From: an uncultured Myxococcales bacterium
GTDB lineage: Bacteria; Myxococcota_A; Polyangia; Palsa-1104; JAEUJZ01
Length of the DNA: 64,000 nucleotides
Assembly: GCA_964460115.1 (NCBI GenBank)
Contig: CAYWPR010000029.1
Span: 4,131 to 68,130 of the forward strand
Direction of reading: 5' to 3'
Within the stretch, counting starts at the first letter, position 1. Each line of letters opens with the position of its first letter. The notes beneath the pieces are model-generated. The model ran no database searches and was not told where the DNA came from. It was given only the letters and a program-made list of their open reading frames with translations. Position numbers and translations under genes: made by a program. This document shows, piece after piece, positions 1 through 7,383 of this stretch.

Positions 1-270
1 TTGATAAAGCCCGACCGTCTGCTCCAAATGCTGCGCGAATTCGACGGCAGCAAGCTGGCCCAGCGCTTGGAACGCTTCTGTCGCGTGCTGTACACCGCCC
101 GCTATGGCCAGCCTGAAGGCGAAAACATCTATCTTGAATGGCGCAAAGGCGTCGAAGAGCGCAGCCGCACTGAAATCGAACGCTTTTTGACCGCCTGGGC
201 CGAGCTGCGCACTGTTTTTGAGCTAGCCATCGCCAACCGCCTGCATATCGGCCTTATCGTTTACGCCTAA
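1..270 (+). CDS. 3' end of hypothetical protein, truncated by window start
   Basis: ORF enters from the window edge and stops at TAA 268-270. No recognisable motif. Confidence 0.3.
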   Translation: MIKPDRLLQMLREFDGSKLAQRLERFCRVLYTARYGQPEGENIYLEWRKGVEERSRTEIERFLTAWAELRTVFELAIANRLHIGLIVYA

Positions 271-554
271 AGAGCTAGCAAACAAAACCTGCTGCGCGTC
301 CCAATCACGAGGCCGTCCGTGCTCACAGCCCATAGGCTGCTCCGCGCGGTCGTCCTCGCGCTTGGGCCTGCTCGCTACGGTTTTGTTCGCTAGCTCTAAG
401 CGCTGGCTCTAAAGCCGCGTGTCATTCAAGCTGCGGAAATCTATGTCGATTTGATTTCCGTCGCTGTGACCCCGCTGAAAAATTTTCATGGTCGCATTGT
501 TCTAGCGCAGCGCTGATTGTGCTGTAGTCTGCTCAACCGGAAGGGACAGAGATC
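271..554. repeat. Structured intergenic region. Long-range imperfect inverted repeat (271-289 agagctagcaaacaaaacc pairs with 379-397 ggttttgttcgctagctct, 18/19) plus a second 8-bp hairpin (cggaaatc/gatttccg near 424-455)
   Basis: Reverse-complement arms read directly from the sequence. Spacer about 90 nt. Confidence 0.5.
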
Positions 555-1511
555 ATGAAAGTGGCCTTGTTTTTCGATGGAAAGAATTTTTACTCAGGTT
601 GGCGGGAGCGGGCCGGCCGGCAGCCCCTTGACTTTGTGGCTTTGTCACAATGGCTGGTGCGGCGCGTCGGTGGAAGCGTTCTATGGGGCGCCTACTATTA
701 CACCGGCATCGAAGTCGGACCTTCGACACCGGGAACGGGGCAGGCGGCGCTGACCGGGTTTCTGGACAACCTCGAGCTTTTGCCGGGCTACTTTGTTCAG
801 CGTTTTTCTCGGCGGACCAAGAATTACCAGTGCCGCGAATGTGGCAGCGAGAACCACTATACCCAGGAAAACGAAGTCGACACCACGATGGTTGCCGACA
901 TGTTGCGCCTCTCTGCCGTTGGGGCATTTGACATCTTGGTGCTGATGTCGGGCGATGCCGATCACGCGCCGGCCGTCGAGGGAGTTCGGGCGCTAGGACG
1001 GCAGGCCTATGTGGCGACCTGGGGCGGCATTGGTCTGGCACGTCGCATCCGCCGTGCCGCGTTCGATCATATAGACCTGCTCGATTCGATTGGCGAGTGC
1101 GGCCGGCAGTGGCCGGTCGGCGACGGAGACGAAGCCGGCACGCTTACTCCCAGCATGGCGATGCGGGTGCCCAGCAGTCAAAGCTCGCCGGAGATTCGCG
1201 GCGAGGACAGCCTGTATGTGCCCCATTTTGAAAGAACCGAGGACGAAGCGGCCGCCATTTTGTTAGACGAAGTGCGTCGCGCCGAAATCAAGTTTCCCAC
1301 CGGCTACGTCGGGGTGAACTTCTTTGTCACGCGCTGGCAAGCTACGCATTTGGATCCGGATCCTGAGCTGCGGCGGCGCCTGATTGACAAGCTCGTCCGC
1401 GAAGATCGCCTAGAGCTATACACCACCGAAGATGCGACCAAGGCAATTCGCGTCAAGCCCGATGCCGCGCCGGCTACAAATTCCGCTGGCTTTGCGTCCT
1501 TGGGCGAATAG
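555..1511 (+). CDS. NYN/LabA-like (PIN-fold) domain protein with an internal CxxC...CxxC zinc ribbon and a C-terminal OST-HTH/LOTUS-like region
   Basis: N-terminal MKVALFFDGKNFY...D motif typical of the NYN/LabA family. CRECGSENH zinc-ribbon insert. RBS aaggga upstream. 318 aa. Confidence 0.65.
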   Translation: MKVALFFDGKNFYSGWRERAGRQPLDFVALSQWLVRRVGGSVLWGAYYYTGIEVGPSTPGTGQAALTGFLDNLELLPGYFVQRFSRRTKNYQCRECGSENHYTQENEVDTTMVADMLRLSAVGAFDILVLMSGDADHAPAVEGVRALGRQAYVATWGGIGLARRIRRAAFDHIDLLDSIGECGRQWPVGDGDEAGTLTPSMAMRVPSSQSSPEIRGEDSLYVPHFERTEDEAAAILLDEVRRAEIKFPTGYVGVNFFVTRWQATHLDPDPELRRRLIDKLVREDRLELYTTEDATKAIRVKPDAAPATNSAGFASLGE

Positions 1512-1545
1512 CGGTCCTTCACACCTCGACGCACCCTCTGCTACA

Positions 1546-1567
1546 GCCAGCCGGTGGTCCGGCTGGC
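1546..1567 (+). terminator. GC-rich hairpin (gccagccgg-tggt-ccggctggc) 35 nt after the NYN gene stop. No U-tract.
   Basis: Perfect 9-bp stem with 4-nt loop. Confidence 0.35.
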
Positions 1568-1718
1568 CAAAACGCGGCTCATTGCGATATGATGTGGACG
1601 AGTATCGGCAGTGGTAGCCGCTATGCTCCTATTCAATCGCGTCCTTAGCGCCAAAGGACGCTGAATTGCGCATACACACATCCTCTAGATGCTATCTCAG
1701 CGATGAGTGAGGACAGTC

Positions 1719-2132
1719 ATGATGGACCATTGGGGGCATTTTCAAATCAAGCAGGAATTGTTTCTTGGTGATGAGATTTGCATTCTGCGGGCAACCGCTG
1801 CGGATCATTCGCCAGTCGTGCTTAAAATGTCTCGGCAAGATCCCTGCTCGGAGGCGCTGGCGGGCAGGCTGCATCACGAATTGGCTGTCCTAAACAGCTT
1901 GGCCGACGTTCCCGGCGTCATTAAGACCCGGGGCCTCGAGCGCATCGGCGGGCAGCTTGCCCTTGTCTTAGAAGACACCCAGAGCCGATCTCTGCGCGAA
2001 GTGCTTTTGAGCCGCGGGGGGCTGCCGCTTGCCGACGCCTTGCACATCACGCGCAGCGCCGCCGCCATTCTGGAAGCAGTTCATACGGCCGGACTCATTC
2101 ACAAAGACATCAAGCCGCATAAGTCTAATTAG
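1719..2132 (+). pseudogene. N-terminal fragment (kinase N-lobe through the HKDIKP catalytic loop) of a PknK-like Ser/Thr protein kinase, terminated by a stop inside the inserted DNA
   Basis: VVLKM (VAIK Lys), HHELAVL (alpha-C Glu) and HKDIKP (HRD loop) are present. The ORF then reads HKSN-stop at 2130-2132. The matching DFG/APE half resumes at 7521. GAGGA RBS lies 5 nt before ATG 1719. The track's GTG start is at 1707. Confidence 0.75.
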
Positions 2133-2155
2133 CCGCATTTAGCGTCAGATAACAG

Positions 2156-2233
2156 GAATTTGGAAATGGCGTCTCCCAAATTCCTCACGGATACTCGATT
2201 GCGAATTTGCGGAGCAGAGCGAGCCCGGGCTCG
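2156..2233 (-). terminator. Two hairpins downstream of the SDR gene on the minus strand: ggaatttgg/ccaaattcc (2156-2187) and the perfect 16-bp palindrome gcgagcccgggctcgc (2218-2233)
   Basis: Reverse-complement pairing seen directly. Located 12-90 nt 3' of the dprE2-like stop. Confidence 0.35.
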
Positions 2234-2244
2234 CGCATTGACGC

Positions 2245-2982
2245 TTAAAAATTGATCTGCCGCATGACAAAGCGCGGCAGCCGGCGAATCACCATCATCA
2301 CCGGTCCCCACATGCGCGGCGTGTACAGCACCGGCTGGTTGCGATCGATTGCCGCGACGATGTCGCGCGCCACCTGCTCTGGCTCGCCAGCGAAAGGCGG
2401 CGGCTTTAACCCCTGCGTCATGCCGGTTTTGACAAAGCCGGGCTTCACGCAGATGACGCGCAGCCCCTGCGCGTAGAACTTGTGATCGAGCCCCTCAAGA
2501 TAGGCACTGAGGCCAGCTTTGCTGGCGCCGTAGCTTATCACCGGCTTGCGCCCGCGCTCGCCGGCCACGGAACTGACCACGCACAGGGTGCCGCCGCCGC
2601 GTGTAAGTAGCAGCTTGCGAGCATGTTCGCAGAAGACCACGGTGTTGGCAAAGTTCACGCTAAGCACGCGGCGTAAAAGCTCGACGTCGGCTTCCATCGC
2701 TGCTTGCGTAGCGAAAAGCCCGGCGGTGACGATGATTGCATCGACATCGCCGAGTGCCTTTTGCGCAGCGCTAAGCGCGGCGCAAAAGCCCTCTGGCGCT
2801 TCCAGGTCGCAGTGAGCGCTTTTCACCGGCTGTTTGGCACCGCGCATTTCAAGGTCGGCAGCGCTGCGTGAAAGTTCCAGGGCATCGCGGCCAAGCAGAA
2901 ACAGCTCATCGCCGCGCGCGGCGAGCGACCGGGCGACGGCACGGCCAATACCCCTGGTGGCGCCAAGGAGGATGGCTTTCAT
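2245..2982 (-). CDS. dprE2: Short-chain dehydrogenase/reductase, DprE2-like (decaprenylphosphoryl-2-keto-ribose reductase family)
   Basis: GATRGIGRAV Rossmann motif. YGASKAGLSAYLEGL catalytic YxxxK region and C-terminal MWGPVMMVIRRLPRFVMRQ closely parallel mycobacterial DprE2. ATGA start/stop overlap with the upstream FAD oxidase. Confidence 0.6.
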   Translation of the reverse strand: MKAILLGATRGIGRAVARSLAARGDELFLLGRDALELSRSAADLEMRGAKQPVKSAHCDLEAPEGFCAALSAAQKALGDVDAIIVTAGLFATQAAMEADVELLRRVLSVNFANTVVFCEHARKLLLTRGGGTLCVVSSVAGERGRKPVISYGASKAGLSAYLEGLDHKFYAQGLRVICVKPGFVKTGMTQGLKPPPFAGEPEQVARDIVAAIDRNQPVLYTPRMWGPVMMVIRRLPRFVMRQINF

Positions 2983-4358
2983 GGGCGGTCTCCAAACAAG
3001 CGCTCGCTTTGCGCGCTACGAATCTGGTTGTGCGGATCCCACTTGCGTTTTACGTCCAGAAACCGCGCCAGGCGAGGTTCCATGGCGATGAAGTGTTCAC
3101 GGCGCGTAAAGCCGTCCTTGGCCAGGTAAAAGCGGCCCCCGCAGGCCAGAACGCGTTCGTTTAGCGCGTCGATGACCTGCTGCACGTTGTCGCGAATCGG
3201 AATGTCGAGCGCTAGCGAGACCCCGGGTCGAGGAAATGACAGCATTCCTTCTCCTTCTGCACCGCAGTCTTTGATGACGGTCAGAAACGAGGATGCGCCA
3301 TGCTGCGACAGAACTTGCAACATAGCGCGAATTCCGTCCGCGCCCGCGGTGTCGGGAATCACACTTTGATGCTGCGTGACTCCGCGTTTTCCATAGGCCC
3401 GGTTCCAGTGATGCACCCAATCGAGCGGATAAAAGAACGTATCGGCATCGACCACACTTGCGCGGTGCTGCGCCAAGTGTTGGCGATAGACCAAGGTATT
3501 GAATAAGCCGATGGTGGCGCGATTGAGCACCCCGGAAGGCAGCGCGAACGGCATGGTGAGCCGCAACTTGGGCCTCGGAAAGTGCGTCGGCGCCTCGTGC
3601 GCTTCCGCCCAGCGGCCGCAAAATAGGATGCCGCGCCCAAGCTCCTTGCCGCGCGCCATGGTGTCAATCCAGCCGACGGTAAAGGGCCAGCGTTGGCTTG
3701 CTTCTTTGAACTCCGACAGAAACGTGGCGAGATCCGGAATGCGAAAAGTCTCTTGATAGATATACGGCGAAGGCACGCGCACAAGCTGCAGCTCGACCTC
3801 TAGGATATGGCCAGTGAGGCCCATGCCGCCGAGGGTTGCTAGAAACAGCTCAGGCTCGTGTTGGCGTGAGCACTCGATGATGCGTCCGTCGGCGACCCGC
3901 AGCCGCAGCGCGCGCACGTGCCGGCCGATGGTGCCATCGACGTGGTGATTCTTGCCGTGCACGTCCGAGGCGACCATGCCGCCAAGCGTCACGAACTTGG
4001 TGCCCGGCGTCACCGGCGTAAAGAAGCCACGCGGCAGAAACAGCCGATATAGGTCGTTTAAACTGAAGCCCGCCTCGGCGCGCACGATGCCGCTCTGCGC
4101 GTCGAATGACAACACGCGATCGGCGAGCGTAGTCCCGACCACATCGGTCACTGCCGCGGGCGGCAGCGAGGCGTCGCCGTACGAGCGTCCAAGCCCGCGT
4201 GACAGCGTCGCTTGCCGCGTGATGCCCTCGAGATCCTCGGAGCGCACCTCGCGTCCAGGGACAAAAGTACGTCCCCAGCCGCTTAATGATGATTTGCCAA
4301 CCACGACGGGCTTCTTAGCATAAATTCTACACTTTGTGGCGCAGCCGAGAAATGACAT
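2979..4358 (-). CDS. dprE1: FAD-dependent oxidoreductase, DprE1-like (decaprenylphosphoryl-beta-D-ribose 2'-oxidase family)
   Basis: SGWGRT, GLGRSYGD, DVHGKNHH, WNRAYG and FYLAKDGF motifs colinear with DprE1. A possible extended -10 (tgTAGAAT) lies just inside the annotated 5' end, so the true start may be the in-frame GTG a few codons downstream. Confidence 0.65.
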   Translation of the reverse strand: MSFLGCATKCRIYAKKPVVVGKSSLSGWGRTFVPGREVRSEDLEGITRQATLSRGLGRSYGDASLPPAAVTDVVGTTLADRVLSFDAQSGIVRAEAGFSLNDLYRLFLPRGFFTPVTPGTKFVTLGGMVASDVHGKNHHVDGTIGRHVRALRLRVADGRIIECSRQHEPELFLATLGGMGLTGHILEVELQLVRVPSPYIYQETFRIPDLATFLSEFKEASQRWPFTVGWIDTMARGKELGRGILFCGRWAEAHEAPTHFPRPKLRLTMPFALPSGVLNRATIGLFNTLVYRQHLAQHRASVVDADTFFYPLDWVHHWNRAYGKRGVTQHQSVIPDTAGADGIRAMLQVLSQHGASSFLTVIKDCGAEGEGMLSFPRPGVSLALDIPIRDNVQQVIDALNERVLACGGRFYLAKDGFTRREHFIAMEPRLARFLDVKRKWDPHNQIRSAQSERLFGDRP

Positions 4359-4548
4359 CGTGAGGCTGAGCTGCGATGGCGTATGTCGAAGCTCTCAGGG
4401 TTTCGCGCCGCTTTCGCCTCGAACAAGACTTCTAGCCGCAGAATTTTGCTTGCGTCGAAAAGCGGCGCCGACTGCTCAGCCCGCCGTCGAGAAAGGCGCG
4501 GACAGCGAAGCAGAGCAGTCGTGGCGCTTCCTTGTTGCGGCGTGCGGC

Positions 4549-5151
4549 TTACAATTTGCTGGCGTTTTCTGCCAGATAGCTGGCGACGCCGGATGCGGAC
4601 GCAGTCATGCCACTGTCTCCCTTACGCCATCCGGCGGGACAGACTTCGCCATTTACTTCATGAAACTGCAGCGCATCGACGAGGCGCAAAAGCTCGTCCA
4701 TATTTCGCCCTAGCGGCAAATCATTGACGATTTGGGATCGGACGATGCCTTCGCGATCAATCAGAAAAGTCCCGCGCAGCGCGACACCGTCGTTATGCTC
4801 GACTCCATAGGCGCGACAGATTTCGTGCTTCACATCAGCGGCGAGCGTGAAACGGACTTTGCCGATGCCGCCGCGCTCGACCGGCGTTTCACGCCAGGCG
4901 TGGTGTGTAAATTGTGAATCAATCGAGATGCCAATCACCTCGACATTGCGCTTTTGCAACGCCTCGACGCGGTTATCGAGCGCGATAAGTTCGGAGGGAC
5001 AGACAAATGTGAAGTCCAGCGGATAAAAGACAAGTAGACCATACTTGCCGCTAAGGACTTTGGAGAGATGAAAATCCTGCACCATCGCGCCATCTCCAAG
5101 GACGGCCGCGCAGGAGAAATCAGGAGCTTTTTTGCCAACCAAGACCGACAT
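4549..5151 (-). CDS. Typical 2-Cys peroxiredoxin (AhpC/Prx1 type), copy 1
   Basis: FTFVCPSE peroxidatic Cys and EVCPAGW resolving Cys. 200 aa. Confidence 0.85.
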   Translation of the reverse strand: MSVLVGKKAPDFSCAAVLGDGAMVQDFHLSKVLSGKYGLLVFYPLDFTFVCPSELIALDNRVEALQKRNVEVIGISIDSQFTHHAWRETPVERGGIGKVRFTLAADVKHEICRAYGVEHNDGVALRGTFLIDREGIVRSQIVNDLPLGRNMDELLRLVDALQFHEVNGEVCPAGWRKGDSGMTASASGVASYLAENASKL

Positions 5152-5178
5152 GTTTTCGTACCTTTCTTTCGCTTTTTT

Positions 5179-5829
5179 CTATGCCGCTCTGAAACCCGGC
5201 AGCATGAACTCGCCTGCAAAATCGCGCTTCTTGTAACCCGGCTGAAAGTCGCGGGCCAGCTCATTTCGCGTCTCTGGTGTTAGCTCGACGCATTGCAGGG
5301 TGTCAAAGTAGTCGATGCCAAGCTGCGCCGTCTTTTGCGGATCGGCAAGTGCAGAGATCGCTTCGCGATCCAATCGAAAGCCGATGTACTGCACTGCACA
5401 GGTCGGATCGTCGTTGGGAAAAAGCGGCTGCGCTTCAATTGTCTGCATTCCAAGCTGCAGAAAGATAATTCGCGAAGTTCCCGCAAAAAGTTGTTGCGCC
5501 AGCTTTTGTCCGGCGCGGCACGGGCCTCCATGCAGCATTAGCGTTGCGGTTAACTCTCCGCTGCGGGGGATAAGTCGATCATATTCGGCAATTTCCTCGG
5601 CAATGCGCTGCGGGCGCAGGGGGCGTTCCATCCAGGCAATTTCTTGAATCTGCGCCAGCACCGTCTGACGCGACTCAAATAGCAACGAGACGTTCGGTCC
5701 TACTTCTACGCGCCGGCGGCGTTTCAAATCGATAAGCTGGCGACGATAATCAGCACGCAAGCGCTCGTAGACTTCGGTGGGCAGCAGATCGATGGGCTTT
5801 ATCGGGGCCGTGGCTCTTTGGTGGCTCAT
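5179..5829 (-). CDS. DUF3501-family protein, copy 1. Promoter-proximal gene of the bicistron with prx.
   Basis: 216-aa ORF. Size and sequence pattern fit the uncharacterised DUF3501 family. 27-nt gap to prx. Confidence 0.5.
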   Translation of the reverse strand: MSHQRATAPIKPIDLLPTEVYERLRADYRRQLIDLKRRRRVEVGPNVSLLFESRQTVLAQIQEIAWMERPLRPQRIAEEIAEYDRLIPRSGELTATLMLHGGPCRAGQKLAQQLFAGTSRIIFLQLGMQTIEAQPLFPNDDPTCAVQYIGFRLDREAISALADPQKTAQLGIDYFDTLQCVELTPETRNELARDFQPGYKKRDFAGEFMLPGFRAA

Positions 5830-5865
5830 GGCATCTGTCTTATTTGAAATTGAAAATCCTTTTCA

Positions 5866-5893
5866 TTTATATGCATCCGTCGAGCTCTGTCAA
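5866..5893 (-). promoter_or_regulatory. Near-consensus sigma70 promoter for DUF3501-prx. Reads TTGACA-N16/17-TATAAAT on the minus strand.
   Basis: rc of 5888-5893 is ttgaca and rc of 5865-5872 is atataaat. About 30 nt upstream of ATG 5829. Confidence 0.55.
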
Positions 5894-6088
5894 GACGCAA
5901 AACTTTGTCCCAAAGTTGTCCGTAGCGCTGCCAAGTGCGCTTTTTTTCGCAGGAAAATCGAGCGCGAATTCTCAGCCGCAGAATTTTGCTTGCGTCGAAA
6001 AGCGGCGCCGACTGCTCAGCCCGCCGTCGAGAAAGGCGCGGACAGCGAAGCAGAGCAGTCGTGGCGCTTCCTTGTTGCGGCGTGCGGC

Positions 6089-6691
6089 TTACAATTTGCT
6101 GGCGTTTTCTGCCAGATAGCTGGCGACGCCGGATGCGGACGCAGTCATGCCACTGTCTCCCTTACGCCATCCGGCGGGACAGACTTCGCCATTTACTTCA
6201 TGAAACTGCAGCGCATCGACGAGGCGCAAAAGCTCGTCCATATTTCGCCCTAGCGGCAAATCATTGACGATTTGGGATCGGACGATGCCTTCGCGATCAA
6301 TCAGAAAAGTCCCGCGCAGCGCGACACCGTCGTTATGCTCGACTCCATAGGCGCGACAGATTTCGTGCTTCACATCAGCGGCGAGCGTGAAACGGACTTT
6401 GCCGATGCCGCCGCGCTCGACCGGCGTTTCACGCCAGGCGTGGTGTGTAAATTGTGAATCAATCGAGATGCCAATCACCTCGACATTGCGCTTTTGCAAC
6501 GCCTCGACGCGGTTATCGAGCGCGATAAGTTCGGAGGGACAGACAAATGTGAAGTCCAGCGGATAAAAGACAAGTAGACCATACTTGCCGCTAAGGACTT
6601 TGGAGAGATGAAAATCCTGCACCATCGCGCCATCTCCAAGGACGGCCGCGCAGGAGAAATCAGGAGCTTTTTTGCCAACCAAGACCGACAT
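6089..6691 (-). CDS. Typical 2-Cys peroxiredoxin, copy 2 (identical)
   Basis: Identical translation to 4549..5151. Confidence 0.85.
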   Translation of the reverse strand: MSVLVGKKAPDFSCAAVLGDGAMVQDFHLSKVLSGKYGLLVFYPLDFTFVCPSELIALDNRVEALQKRNVEVIGISIDSQFTHHAWRETPVERGGIGKVRFTLAADVKHEICRAYGVEHNDGVALRGTFLIDREGIVRSQIVNDLPLGRNMDELLRLVDALQFHEVNGEVCPAGWRKGDSGMTASASGVASYLAENASKL

Positions 6692-6718
6692 GTTTTCGTA
6701 CCTTTCTTTCGCTTTTTT

Positions 6719-7369
6719 CTATGCCGCTCTGAAACCCGGCAGCATGAACTCGCCTGCAAAATCGCGCTTCTTGTAACCCGGCTGAAAGTCGCGGGCCAGC
6801 TCATTTCGCGTCTCTGGTGTTAGCTCGACGCATTGCAGGGTGTCAAAGTAGTCGATGCCAAGCTGCGCCGTCTTTTGCGGATCGGCAAGTGCAGAGATCG
6901 CTTCGCGATCCAATCGAAAGCCGATGTACTGCACTGCACAGGTCGGATCGTCGTTGGGAAAAAGCGGCTGCGCTTCAATTGTCTGCATTCCAAGCTGCAG
7001 AAAGATAATTCGCGAAGTTCCCGCAAAAAGTTGTTGCGCCAGCTTTTGTCCGGCGCGGCACGGGCCTCCATGCAGCATTAGCGTTGCGGTTAACTCTCCG
7101 CTGCGGGGGATAAGTCGATCATATTCGGCAATTTCCTCGGCAATGCGCTGCGGGCGCAGGGGGCGTTCCATCCAGGCAATTTCTTGAATCTGCGCCAGCA
7201 CCGTCTGACGCGACTCAAATAGCAACGAGACGTTCGGTCCTACTTCTACGCGCCGGCGGCGTTTCAAATCGATAAGCTGGCGACGATAATCAGCACGCAA
7301 GCGCTCGTAGACTTCGGTGGGCAGCAGATCGATGGGCTTTATCGGGGCCGTGGCTCTTTGGTGGCTCAT
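6719..7369 (-). CDS. DUF3501-family protein, copy 2 (identical)
   Basis: Identical translation to 5179..5829. Confidence 0.5.
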   Translation of the reverse strand: MSHQRATAPIKPIDLLPTEVYERLRADYRRQLIDLKRRRRVEVGPNVSLLFESRQTVLAQIQEIAWMERPLRPQRIAEEIAEYDRLIPRSGELTATLMLHGGPCRAGQKLAQQLFAGTSRIIFLQLGMQTIEAQPLFPNDDPTCAVQYIGFRLDREAISALADPQKTAQLGIDYFDTLQCVELTPETRNELARDFQPGYKKRDFAGEFMLPGFRAA

Positions 7370-7383
7370 GGCATCTGTCTTAT

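Larger units (their letters stand above)
4441..5980. repeat. Tandem duplication, copy 1 (1540 bp). Contains the DUF3501-peroxiredoxin operon plus its promoter.
   Basis: 100% identical to 5981..7520 at the blocks compared. Preceded by agccgca (4434-4440). Confidence 0.9.
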
